Shown here in pieces: positions 27,709 to 36,375 of a stretch of 39,315 nucleotides of DNA (the first letter of the stretch is position 1; each line of letters opens with the position of its first letter). The notes under the pieces are model-generated. The model saw only the letters and a list, made by a program, of their open reading frames with translations, had not been told where the DNA came from and ran no database searches. The stretch comes from Xanthobacteraceae bacterium. Its GTDB lineage: Bacteria; Pseudomonadota; Alphaproteobacteria; Rhizobiales; Xanthobacteraceae. The position numbers were made by a program, and so were the translations under genes. The stretch spans positions 1-39,315 of the forward strand of contig JBAUGC010000155.1 in the NCBI GenBank assembly GCA_049679485.1. The letters are read 5' to 3'.

Positions 27709-28533
27709 TTACGGCTTTAAGTCCGGCGGGACTGGGGGCGCTTCGCGCATCAGCGTGATGGTCACACGCCGATTGGCGGCAATGAAAGGGTCATCGGGGA
27801 ACAGCGGATCGGTGTCGGCCTTGCCGGCCACTTCATAGAAATTATTTGAGGGGAGGCCTTCTTCCTCCAAGATCTGGCGCACAGCATTAGCGCGATCCAC
27901 CGACAAGTTCCATGGCCCGTAATCGGACCGCGGTGGCGTCTTTGAAGCTGATGTGTGCCCAGTAATCGAGATCCGATAGGGCGTTGCCTTCAGCGGCCCG
28001 GCAAGTTTTTCGATGATGCGACGGGTCCGCTCGTAGGGCTCTTTCGAGCCCTCGGCGAACATTGAACGGCCTTCCTGGTCGACAAGTTCGATATTCAGCC
28101 CTTCCTTGGTTTCCTCCACCATGATGTGCTTGGAGGCCTCGGCCAGTTCTGGCAAATCTTGGAGGGCTTGGCGCAGCGAGGCGGTGGCGAGAGCGAAAGC
28201 CTGGTCGCTGCTGAGCTTGGCGCCATACTGCCGATTGTGATCCTGCTCTTCTGGCGTCGGCGTCGCTGAGGCGTCTTGGGGCTGGATATGCGCCGCATTT
28301 TTGAGTTTGGGCCGCGTTGGCAAACCATCGACTTCGATGACGCCGGAATAGCGGACATTGTTCTGCACGCCGAAGGCATCGCGCATCGAGCCAGCCACAA
28401 TCTGCAGCTTCTGCTGATCCTGGTTGGAGAAAGCGACCAGCATGACAAAGAAGCTCACCAGCAGACCCATGAGGTCGGCAAAGGTAACGAACCAGCCGTG
28501 GCCGCCGCCGTGCGCTTCTTTACGCCGCGCCAT
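27709..28533 (-). CDS. motB: MotB-type stator protein (OmpA-like peptidoglycan-binding C-terminus)
   Basis: The N-terminal plug/TM segment GHGWFVTFADLMGLLVSFFVMLVAFS carries the conserved Asp. The C-terminus has an OmpA/MotB motif ITGHT...NLSVDRANAVRQIL...NRRVTITL. Confidence 0.8.
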   Translation of the reverse strand: MARRKEAHGGGHGWFVTFADLMGLLVSFFVMLVAFSNQDQQKLQIVAGSMRDAFGVQNNVRYSGVIEVDGLPTRPKLKNAAHIQPQDASATPTPEEQDHNRQYGAKLSSDQAFALATASLRQALQDLPELAEASKHIMVEETKEGLNIELVDQEGRSMFAEGSKEPYERTRRIIEKLAGPLKATPYRISITGHTSASKTPPRSDYGPWNLSVDRANAVRQILEEEGLPSNNFYEVAGKADTDPLFPDDPFIAANRRVTITLMREAPPVPPDLKP

Positions 28534-28559
28534 CGCCTAAATCTCCGCGCCCAACAGCT

Positions 28560-29333
28560 TTACGCCGGCACTGGCTCCGGCTCGGCCTCGCGGTGCTTCT
28601 CCGGCAAATAGGCGATCAGCATTTCGCGTACGAGTGTCGGACTCTTCGATTCGCGGATCATAAGGATTCCGTCGATGATTAAAGTGCGGTTGATCTCTTC
28701 GTCGACCAGCTTCAGATGCAGCTTATCGGCAATCGGCAGGCAGAGGATGTTCGCCAGTACGGCCCCGTAAAGCGTGGCAAGCAGCGCCGTCGCCATGAAC
28801 GGGCCCAACTTGGACGGATCGGTCATGTTGGCGAACATCTGCACCATGCCGATCAGGGTGCCGATCATGCCGAAGGCTGGCGCGCAATCGCCGACCGCGC
28901 GATAGATTTTTTGACCCTCGTCAAGATGAGTCAGAAAATTGTCGCGGTCGCGCTCGAGATTGTCGCGAATGAACGCAGCGTCGTAACCGTCGGCGACGAA
29001 GCGGATACCCTTGGCGAGATAAGGGTCTTCAATGTCCACCTTTTCCAGTCCGATCGGCCCCTGTTTGCGCGCGATTTCCGCCAAACCGGCAATCTCGTCT
29101 ACCAGTTCGCGCTGGGTCGTACGCCGCATGGTGAACGCGAATTTGGCGCCCAGTGGCAAGCCGTGAAAAATCGCGGTCAGAGGAAAGCGGATCAGCGTAG
29201 CGGCAAACGAGCCGCCAAAAATGATGATGACGGCATGTTCGCTCACAAACATTCCCAGGCTGCCGCCCAGCAACATCATAGTGGCGACGACTACCGTGCC
29301 GGCGGCCAGGCCCAGGCCCGTTGCAATATCCAT
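28560..29333 (-). CDS. motA: MotA/TolQ/ExbB proton-channel family protein (MotA/PomA-type stator)
   Basis: Trimmed to ATG 29333 (GGGAG 10 nt upstream). It has four TM segments and the conserved C-terminal channel region APAFGMIGTLIGMV...ALLATLYGAVLAN. It lies 26 nt upstream of motB. Confidence 0.8.
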   Translation of the reverse strand: MDIATGLGLAAGTVVVATMMLLGGSLGMFVSEHAVIIIFGGSFAATLIRFPLTAIFHGLPLGAKFAFTMRRTTQRELVDEIAGLAEIARKQGPIGLEKVDIEDPYLAKGIRFVADGYDAAFIRDNLERDRDNFLTHLDEGQKIYRAVGDCAPAFGMIGTLIGMVQMFANMTDPSKLGPFMATALLATLYGAVLANILCLPIADKLHLKLVDEEINRTLIIDGILMIRESKSPTLVREMLIAYLPEKHREAEPEPVPA

Positions 29334-29579
29334 TAAAAAAACTCCCGCCAGCACTCAATCCGCCGCAGGTTAGCTGCTTTGCGCTTAAGGGACGGTTACC
29401 TTTGGTATCCGGCAGCCCGCGTGCCGAATTTGACGCAAACTTCCGCTGCAAGGGACGCCTCCGTGAGCAGCCACCGCCGTCACGAGGCCGCCGCCCTACC
29501 CCGTGACCGCTGCGGGAAAAGGCTGCACAATGGGATCACGAAAGCGGCACGCGCCGTTCAATATTCAGGGAGAAGCTTC

Positions 29580-31076
29580 ATGCGTGAGATCGGCCACTTC
29601 GTCGGCGGCAAAGAGGTGAAGGGAGGATCGGGACGGTTCGGCGACGTTTTCAATCCGAACACCGGCGAAGTTCAGGCCAAAGTCGCCTTCGCCAAACGTT
29701 CCGAGGTCGAGCAGGCGATTGCGGTTGCCGAAGCGGCACAGCCGGCCTGGGCGGCGACGAACCCGCAGCGGCGCGCACGCGTCATGATGAAATTCCTCGA
29801 CTTGGCCCAGAAGGAATTCGACTCGCTTGCCCGGCTGCTGTCCTCCGAACATGGCAAAACCTTCGCCGACGCCAAGGGTGACGTTCAGCGTGGCCTCGAG
29901 GTCGTCGAGTTCGCTTGCGGCATCCCTCACCTTCTCAAGGGAGAATATACGGAGGGCGCCGGTCCCGGCATCGATCTCTATTCGATGCGACAGCCGCTTG
30001 GCGTCGTCGCCGGGATTACGCCGTTCAACTTCCCTGCCATGATTCCGATGTGGAAGTTCGCGCCCGCGCTCGCCTGCGGCAATGCGTTCATCCTCAAGCC
30101 GTCGGAGCGCGATCCTTCGGTGCCGATGCGGTTGGCTGAGCTCCTTGTTGAAGCCGGCCTGCCGGCCGGCATTCTCAATGTCGTCAACGGCGACAAGGAA
30201 GCGGTCGACGCGCTCCTGACCGATCCGCGCATTCAGGCGGTGGGTTTCGTCGGTTCATCGGCGATCGCCGAGTACGTCTACACCACGGCGACCGCCAACA
30301 ACAAACGCGCGCAATGTTTCGGCGGCGCCAAGAACCATATGATCGTGATGCCGGACGCTGACATGGATCAGGCGGTCGACGCGCTGATCGGCGCCGGCTA
30401 CGGCTCGGCTGGCGAGCGCTGCATGGCGATCTCGGTCGCCGTGCCGGTCGGCCAGAAGACCGCCGACATTCTCCTGGAGAAGCTGGTGCCGCGGGTCGAA
30501 GGCTTGAAGATCGGACCTTCGACCGACGCGCAGGCCGATTATGGGCCGATGATCACCAAGGCGCATCTGGAAAAGGTCAAAGGCTACGTCGACCTCGGCG
30601 TCAAGGAAGGCGCCAAGCTCGTGGTCGACGGCCGCGGTTTCAAACTGCAAGGCTATGAGAACGGTAATTTCATGGGCGGCTGCTTGTTCGACCACGTGAA
30701 GCCCGACATGCGCATCTACAAAGAAGAAATCTTCGGGCCGGTGCTCTCGGTCGTTCGCGCCAAGGACTACGAGGAGGCAGTGCGGCTGCCATCTGAACAC
30801 GAGTACGGCAACGGAGTCGCCATCTTCACCCGCGATGGCGACGCGGCGCGCGATTTCGTCAGCCGGGTTGAAGTCGGCATGGTCGGCGTTAACTTCGCCA
30901 TCCCGGTGCCGCTCGCCTATTATACCTTCGGCGGCTGGAAGCGTTCAGGCTTCGGCGATCTCAACCAGCACGGCCCCGACGCCATCCGTTTCTACACCAA
31001 GACGAAGACAGTGACGGCGCGCTGGCCATCGGGCGTCAAGGAGGGTGCCGAGTTTGTCATTCCAACGATGAAATGA
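29580..31076 (+). CDS. mmsA: CoA-acylating methylmalonate-semialdehyde dehydrogenase
   Basis: ATG 29580 (AGGGAGAA upstream) gives MREIGHFVGGKEV. ALDH motifs are present (catalytic Cys in GERCMA). The tail GVNFAIPVPLAYYTFGGWKRSGFGD is typical of MmsA. Confidence 0.9.
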   Translation: MREIGHFVGGKEVKGGSGRFGDVFNPNTGEVQAKVAFAKRSEVEQAIAVAEAAQPAWAATNPQRRARVMMKFLDLAQKEFDSLARLLSSEHGKTFADAKGDVQRGLEVVEFACGIPHLLKGEYTEGAGPGIDLYSMRQPLGVVAGITPFNFPAMIPMWKFAPALACGNAFILKPSERDPSVPMRLAELLVEAGLPAGILNVVNGDKEAVDALLTDPRIQAVGFVGSSAIAEYVYTTATANNKRAQCFGGAKNHMIVMPDADMDQAVDALIGAGYGSAGERCMAISVAVPVGQKTADILLEKLVPRVEGLKIGPSTDAQADYGPMITKAHLEKVKGYVDLGVKEGAKLVVDGRGFKLQGYENGNFMGGCLFDHVKPDMRIYKEEIFGPVLSVVRAKDYEEAVRLPSEHEYGNGVAIFTRDGDAARDFVSRVEVGMVGVNFAIPVPLAYYTFGGWKRSGFGDLNQHGPDAIRFYTKTKTVTARWPSGVKEGAEFVIPTMK

Positions 31077-31160
31077 CGAACTGCCGCAGAGGCGCAAACC
31101 TCGCAGTCGCTATGGTCGGCTTACTCAGGGCGAAGGAGCGGAAGCAGACTGGACGTAGCC

Positions 31161-31541
31161 TTAGCTCACGCACGCGTGCGCGGCATCAGAGCCACTGAAC
31201 CGGCACTGGCACCGCGGCGGACGTTCGAGCACGGAGATTATCACCGTGGTGATGCGGTTTCTTTTCACTACGATATCGCACAGCGGCGCCCGCGCTCCGG
31301 CGAGGCCGTCGGCCTGAAGGCGCAGCGTACCGACCCGTTCCTGCAGGATTGCGCTGCCCTGCTTGATCAGTGCCAGTTTGGTCGAGTCGATATAGAGCGC
31401 CGTTTGCGTGACCGGCGCAACCGGAACGGTCTTAATTTCGACGTAGCCGACGTCACTCGTCGGCCTGAACAGGACAACTGCGGCGCCGAGGATAACGGCG
31501 CCCGCCGCAAGCCCGAGCGCGCGCCGTAACGTTGCGTTCAA
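31161..31541 (-). CDS. membrane-anchored hypothetical protein with Cys-containing C-terminus
   Basis: TTG 31541 lies 8 nt after GGGAG and 3 nt after the upstream stop. The frame has high GC3. N-terminal anchor MNATLRRALGLAAGAVILGAAVVLF. C-terminal PPRCQCRFSGSDAAHACVS. No family recognised. Confidence 0.55.
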   Translation of the reverse strand: MNATLRRALGLAAGAVILGAAVVLFRPTSDVGYVEIKTVPVAPVTQTALYIDSTKLALIKQGSAILQERVGTLRLQADGLAGARAPLCDIVVKRNRITTVIISVLERPPRCQCRFSGSDAAHACVS

Positions 31542-31544
31542 GAC

Positions 31545-32219
31545 TTACGCTCCCGGCGGCTTGATTCCCCCGATCAGTTTGTTGAGCTGGGTCGAAGCAT
31601 CGCGGATGTCGCGCGTGAGGTGACGGACGACCTCGAGCGCTTTCTCTGCCTGCCTGATCTCAAGAAGCTCGCTGATGAAATCCTCATTCTGCTGCAAGGT
31701 CTGCAACAGACCGGCGAATTGCACACGCGCATCATCAAGCTCTTTGTTCGCATTTTCGGTCTCAGCCTCGAGCTTGCGCCACTGGTCGATCAGGAACAGC
31801 CGCTCTTCCGGTTTGTAGCGCGTTTCCGCAGCCAAAGTCTTGAGTTTGGAGCGAACATGATCAAGCGCCTTCACGCCGAGCTGCGACACCGGACCGTTAT
31901 CTGAAACGGCGCCCAGCAACCCGGAAACCGTCGCGCGCAGTTTGTCGATTTCGGCGCGAGCTTTTTCAGCATCAGTGACGCTGTCGATAGTGCTGGCCGA
32001 GTCTTGGATCGACTGGTTAAGGTCCGGCACGGTCCGCTGGAACACCTCTAGCTGCTAAGAGAATTCCTCAACGGGCGAGATCGGATTGCCGGCGTTGGCG
32101 CCGCTTGCATCTTCGGCGCGTACACCGGCTGCCGACAACACGACAGCTACGGCGAACAATCCCGCAACCGTACAGCGCGTGCGGTTGCATTGCGTAATTG
32201 CAGATAGCAATGTCTTCAT
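31545..32219 (-). pseudogene. signal-peptide plus coiled-coil protein of unknown function, split by an in-frame TAG (or two adjacent genes)
   Basis: ATG 32219 has GGGAGG 6 nt upstream and encodes MKTLLSAITQCNRTRCTVAGLFAVAVVLSAAGVRAEDASGANAGNPISPVEEFS. TAG follows at 32055-32057, and the same frame continues QLEVFQRTVPDLN... into the 166-aa ORF 31545..32045, which has only a GTG start and no SD of its own. Confidence 0.5.
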
Positions 32220-32360
32220 GACACGCCTCCCCTCAACACGGGTCCGTTAGAAGGGTTGATTTCGGTTAGCAATTTTGGCGCAAATGGGGCGTCTTGCCCC
32301 AGGGCCAGGGCAGCTTTTGAGCTTCTTTTGCCGCCACATTTGAGGTCTCCTGATCGACAG

Positions 32361-32807
32361 ATGATCCGTCTGGGACACATAGGACGCCGGAAAGGGCGAG
32401 CGGCGGTTACCGCGGTCGCACTGCTAGCGTTTGCGGCTTTGGCCGGTTGCGCCACGAACGATCGTGTTGCTGCCGATCGACCCGAGACACAGGCGAGCCC
32501 ACCCCCGCCGCCGCTACCACCCCCTTCGCCGCCTCCGGTAGATCTAACAGGCCGGTGGAAGCTTACAGCGGCGGGAAGCGGCTCCTGCTTCATGAACTTT
32601 GGCCACGCGCCTGCCGCCGCTCAGGGTACGATCGCGCCGGAAGGCGGGTGCCCCGGCAACTTCTTCACCAGCCGCAAGTGGACTTTCGAGCACGGCGTGC
32701 TGACCATGCGAAACCACAAGGACGAACCTTTGGCACAGCTTTCGTTCTCCGGCGGCCGGTTCGAGGGACACGACACAGGGGGAGCCGCGCTGACGCTTTC
32801 GCGGTAG
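32361..32807 (+). CDS. omp19: Omp19-like outer-membrane lipoprotein (Inh-type protease-inhibitor fold)
   Basis: ATG 32361. Lipobox LAGC. Pro-rich linker PPPPPLPPPSPPP. LTGRWKL...C...C and the ending GRFEGHDTGGAALTLSR closely resemble the C-terminus of Brucella Omp19 as I recall it. Confidence 0.7.
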   Translation: MIRLGHIGRRKGRAAVTAVALLAFAALAGCATNDRVAADRPETQASPPPPPLPPPSPPPVDLTGRWKLTAAGSGSCFMNFGHAPAAAQGTIAPEGGCPGNFFTSRKWTFEHGVLTMRNHKDEPLAQLSFSGGRFEGHDTGGAALTLSR

Positions 32808-32815
32808 CAGCCATC

Positions 32816-33096
32816 ATGGCCGAGCATGAACTGTACTGCTTCGCCCAATCCGGCAATTCATATCGCGTCGCGCTGATGCTCAATCTGATCGGCGCCGACG
32901 GGAAACCGGTCTTCGTGCGGAGCCGACCATCGCCGATCTTTCATTGGTGGCATACCTCTACTATCCGCCCGAGGAGTTCGGCTTCGACATCGCCGCCGAG
33001 CACAAGAACATCGCCGCGTGGCTCGATCGCATTAAAGCACTGCCCGGCTGGGCGCATCCTTACGATTTGATGCCCGGTTATCCGATGCCGGCGTGA
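32816..33096 (+). pseudogene. glutathione S-transferase remnant with a large out-of-frame internal deletion
   Basis: The N-terminal 34 codons (MAEHELYCFAQSGNSYRVALMLNLIGADGKPVFV) join at about 32915-32920 to the C-terminal 58 codons in another frame (EPTIADLSLVAYLYYPPEEFGFDIAAEHKNIAAWLDRIKALPGWAHPYDLMPGYPMPA, stop 33094-33096). Roughly 120 central codons of a normal GST are absent. Confidence 0.65.
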
Positions 33097-33103
33097 GCGC
33101 GCG

Positions 33104-34462
33104 TCACAGCGGAATGTCGAGCTCCTTGGGGGGAGCGGCCTTCGTAACGGGCGCGCGCGTGGGTGTGTTGACTTTGGGTAGTGTCGCATTGGCGTTGGCC
33201 AGCGGAGGCCGCGGCTGCGCTTTCGGTTCCAGCATAAGCGGCTTCTGAACCTGCTGTGGCTGCGCAACGACTTTCTCTCCAGGCTTAGGCGCTTTCGGGG
33301 TCTGCTGTGGCTGCGCCGCAATGTTCGGCTCCGGCTTCTGAGCCTGCGCGGGCTGTGATGACTGCTGCTGCTCCGGCTTCTCGATCTGCACAGGCCGGGA
33401 TGGGGATTGAGGCTCCGGCTCGTTCGCATATTTCGCAAGCAACGCGCGGGCGCTAACCATTAGTTTCCCGCCGTCGATCTTGCGCTCTTTCATCTGTTTC
33501 AGCCACGCCGCGATAACGGGCTCCGTGGCTTTGCGCCACTGCACGACGTCTTCCGCCGTCAGCACGGTGATGGGATCGCCGCGGTCGCGTGCCGATTCGG
33601 CTACGGTTTTCGCCTCAAGGTCCCACATCGCACCCGCCATGCCGGCCGCAACCTGTCCCGAATTATTGTCGATGACCGTCCTCAGCTCACGCGGCAGCCG
33701 GTCATAGGACGCTTTATTCATCGCCAGCACGAAGGTCGTCGTGCTCAACGACGAGTCGGCGAAGTCGGTGTGAGCCTTGAAGGCATCGTTGAGGCGCAAG
33801 ACCGGCACGACATCCCACGGATCGAGACAGCCATCGATAACGCGTCCGGCGATCGCCATCGGAACTTGCGGGATTGGAACGCTGATGCCTCGCGCGCCGA
33901 GCACCTCCACCGCCTCGCCGGCGAGACGGCTCGCGACCTGCAGCCGCAAGCCCTTGATATCTTCGAGCGTCCGGATGGAGCGGTTAGCGTGCAGAACGCC
34001 GTGGTCGCGGCACGAGAACGCGAGCGGACGGACTTCGCGGAATTCGTCCTGCAAGTTGGCGGCCGCGTAATCTTGCAGGGCCTTCGAGTTCACCAGCGCC
34101 CGGCGTGAAGCCGCGAACGGCAACTCGAATACTTCAATCTTGGCAAAACGGCCCGGCGTATTGCCCGTTACCGCCCAAACGATGTCAGCGAGCCCGTCCC
34201 GCGCCTGATCGAACAGTTGCGCCGGAGCGCCGCCGAGCTGCATAGAAGGAAAAATATCGATGCGGATGCGGCTGCCTGAGTCCGCCTCGACATTGCGCGC
34301 CCACGGCACGAGAAATTGCGTATGTGAGCCTGACACCGACGAGAAAAAATGATGCAGTTTGAGCGTAACTTGTGGCGTGTCGGCACGCGCGAAGCGCAGA
34401 ATGGCAGGAGCCGCCACTGTTGCCGTCAGCGAGGTTAGAAATGTGCGGCGGGCAATACGCAT
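33104..34462 (-). CDS. TRAP-type (DctP family) periplasmic solute-binding protein with a ~108-aa Pro/Gln/Lys-rich C-terminal extension
   Basis: ATG 34462 (GAGG 5 nt upstream). Tat-like signal MRIARRTFLTSLTATVAAPAILRFARA. The DctP-like core reads LKLHHFF...WARNVEADSGSRIRIDIFPSMQLGG. No dctQ/dctM genes are nearby. Confidence 0.8.
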   Translation of the reverse strand: MRIARRTFLTSLTATVAAPAILRFARADTPQVTLKLHHFFSSVSGSHTQFLVPWARNVEADSGSRIRIDIFPSMQLGGAPAQLFDQARDGLADIVWAVTGNTPGRFAKIEVFELPFAASRRALVNSKALQDYAAANLQDEFREVRPLAFSCRDHGVLHANRSIRTLEDIKGLRLQVASRLAGEAVEVLGARGISVPIPQVPMAIAGRVIDGCLDPWDVVPVLRLNDAFKAHTDFADSSLSTTTFVLAMNKASYDRLPRELRTVIDNNSGQVAAGMAGAMWDLEAKTVAESARDRGDPITVLTAEDVVQWRKATEPVIAAWLKQMKERKIDGGKLMVSARALLAKYANEPEPQSPSRPVQIEKPEQQQSSQPAQAQKPEPNIAAQPQQTPKAPKPGEKVVAQPQQVQKPLMLEPKAQPRPPLANANATLPKVNTPTRAPVTKAAPPKELDIPL

Positions 34463-34501
34463 CTTTACCTCGCGTACGGTCAACTTCGCCAGCGGCGCGA
34501 T

Positions 34502-35389
34502 TCAATTGAGGCGCGACGGACGATCTTCAGTCCCGGCAGTGCGGATAATAGTCGCAGATCTCGGCGCCGGCGGCGCGCTCGCAGCAGACGCCGCCTCAAG
34601 TTTGGCTTCGCGGGATCGTCGCTCGTAGCCGCGATAAGACACCCATCCGAACGGCAAGCTCACCACGTAGACCAGCGTTCCGGCCGTGAGCAAAATCCAC
34701 GGATAAGCGATCAGCAACGCAACGCAAAGCACGACGAGGATCACGACCGGCCCGACCATTTCCGGCGGCACGCGTGTACCGACGCGTTTGCCTGAAAACA
34801 CCGGCAGCCGCGAAACCATCAGCGCGGCAATGACGAGCGTGTAGACGAGCATCGCCCAGGTCACGAATGGTGAACGCGCAAGGCCGAGGAAAGCGGCATA
34901 GATCGGCAGCAGCACGATGATGGCCCCGGCCGGCGCCGGCACGCCGACGAAAAAATTGGCCGCCCAGGCGGGGCGGTCCGGGTCGACGCTCATCACGTTG
35001 AAGCGAGCGAGCCGCAAGCCCGCGCAGATGGCGAATGCCATGGCGGCAATCCAGCCAGCCGATTTCAAGTCGTGCAGTCCCCAGAAGTAGAGGATCAGGG
35101 CCGGCGCCACACCGAAATTGACGAAGTCGGCCAGGCTGTCGAGTTCGGCACCGAAGCGCGACGTCCCCTTCAGGAACCGGGCCAAACGCCCATCGAGACC
35201 GTCGAGGACGGCGGCGAAAACGATAGCTGCAAGCGCGAGCCCATAGCGGTTCTCGAACGCCATGCGAATTCCGGTCAACCCGGCGCAAAGCGCAAGCAAC
35301 GTGACGAGATTCGGCGCCAGCGTCCGCACCGGGATGCGGCGAAAACGCCGGCGCCGCCGGTCGTCGAATGGAGGCGGATGCATAGCCAT
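34502..35389 (-). CDS. pssA: CDP-diacylglycerol--serine O-phosphatidyltransferase
   Basis: The CDP-alcohol phosphatidyltransferase motif DGLDGRLAR-x8-G-x3-DSLAD is present. The protein is polytopic and membrane-embedded. It lies directly downstream of psd. Confidence 0.9.
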   Translation of the reverse strand: MAMHPPPFDDRRRRRFRRIPVRTLAPNLVTLLALCAGLTGIRMAFENRYGLALAAIVFAAVLDGLDGRLARFLKGTSRFGAELDSLADFVNFGVAPALILYFWGLHDLKSAGWIAAMAFAICAGLRLARFNVMSVDPDRPAWAANFFVGVPAPAGAIIVLLPIYAAFLGLARSPFVTWAMLVYTLVIAALMVSRLPVFSGKRVGTRVPPEMVGPVVILVVLCVALLIAYPWILLTAGTLVYVVSLPFGWVSYRGYERRSREAKLEAASAASAPPAPRSATIIRTAGTEDRPSRLN

Positions 35390-35455
35390 GGCGACAATAT
35401 AGCCTCTTCAGGCCCGACCCGCCATCGAGCGGCGTAGCGGGTGCCATTGCGCCGG

Positions 35456-36157
35456 TTAGGAGATGGTAAAAGTGCGGCCTTGTTGCGGAACCTTCAGATC
35501 GGCGAGCACGGTCTCGCCGGCTGTCGCGATCTGGCCTTCGGCAACCAGAGGCATTGCGCCCTCTGGCAGGTAGACGTCGACGCGCGAACCGAAGCGGATC
35601 ATGCCGATGCGCTGACCCGCGGCCACTGTATCGCCCTCGCGCACAAACGGCACAATCCGCCGCGCCACTAACCCGGCGATCTGCACCACAACGACACGCG
35701 GACCGCTCCCGCTCGAAATCACGAACGCATTACGCTCGTTGCTCTCGCTCGCCTTGTCGAGATCGGCACTGACGAAAGCTCCGGCCCGGTAGACCATGCG
35801 GTCGATGCGTCCGCCAACAGGACTGCGATTCACGTGACAATCGAACACACTCATGAAGATGGAAACGCGAAGGAGCGGCCGCGAGCCGAAATTGAGCTCA
35901 GGAGGAGGTACGGCATTGGCGATACGGCTCACACATCCGTCCGCCGGAGCAACCACAATTCCCTCGCGCGCAGGGGTCACCCGCGGTGGATCGCGGAAGA
36001 AATAGACACACCACAACGTCGCGACGGTCGTCAGCCAGCCTAGCGGCGGCCATAGCCAGAACAGCACCAACGCAACGAGCGCAAAGCCGCCGATGAAGGG
36101 GTAACCCTGCGGATGGATCGGCGTCAGCTGCGAGCGGATGGAATTGATAACGGACAT
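35456..36157 (-). CDS. psd: phosphatidylserine decarboxylase proenzyme
   Basis: Trimmed to ATG 36157 (MSVINSIRSQLTPIHPQGYPFIGGF). It has an N-terminal TM segment. The self-cleavage site context is IRFGSRVDVYLP (G-S). Confidence 0.88.
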   Translation of the reverse strand: MSVINSIRSQLTPIHPQGYPFIGGFALVALVLFWLWPPLGWLTTVATLWCVYFFRDPPRVTPAREGIVVAPADGCVSRIANAVPPPELNFGSRPLLRVSIFMSVFDCHVNRSPVGGRIDRMVYRAGAFVSADLDKASESNERNAFVISSGSGPRVVVVQIAGLVARRIVPFVREGDTVAAGQRIGMIRFGSRVDVYLPEGAMPLVAEGQIATAGETVLADLKVPQQGRTFTIS

Positions 36158-36192
36158 GCGCGAGCGTTCCATAGCCCATCAGCAAACCTGGC

Positions 36193-36353
36193 GCTGCGAT
36201 GTGCGCCCTCTCCCCTTGCGGGAGAGGGCTGCTCGGCTGCGCAATGACATGGAGCGGGTGAGGGGGCGGGCCGCAACCCCCTCACCCAACCGAGTTTGTT
36301 GAGAGTCCGGCATGGCCCTCTCGCGCAAGGGGAGAGGGCACGCATGCATCGCA
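36193..36353. repeat. 161-bp nested-palindrome intergenic element (REP/MITE-like)
   Basis: Hairpin A spans 36204-36228 (GCCCTCTCCCCTTGCGGGAGAGGGC). Hairpin B spans 36255-36286 (GGGTGAGGGGG-N10-CCCCCTCACCC). Hairpin C spans 36314-36338 and is the reverse complement of A with one mismatch. Outer arms are CTGCGATGTGCG (36193-36204) and CGCATGCATCGCAG (36340-36353). Confidence 0.5.
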
Positions 36354-36375
36354 GTGAAATGACGACGCTGCACCG

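Noticed and set aside
27709-29333. MotA/MotB pair as a Zorya-like anti-phage module.
   Set aside because: ZorA-type proteins have a long C-terminal coiled-coil tail and are accompanied by ZorC/D or ZorE. Here MotA is a canonical 257 aa and no such partners are adjacent.
34596-35447. 283-aa same-strand alternative frame overlapping pssA.
   Set aside because: The pssA frame carries the CDP-alcohol phosphatidyltransferase motif and membrane helices. The alternative frame is Arg/Gly/Ala-rich noise.
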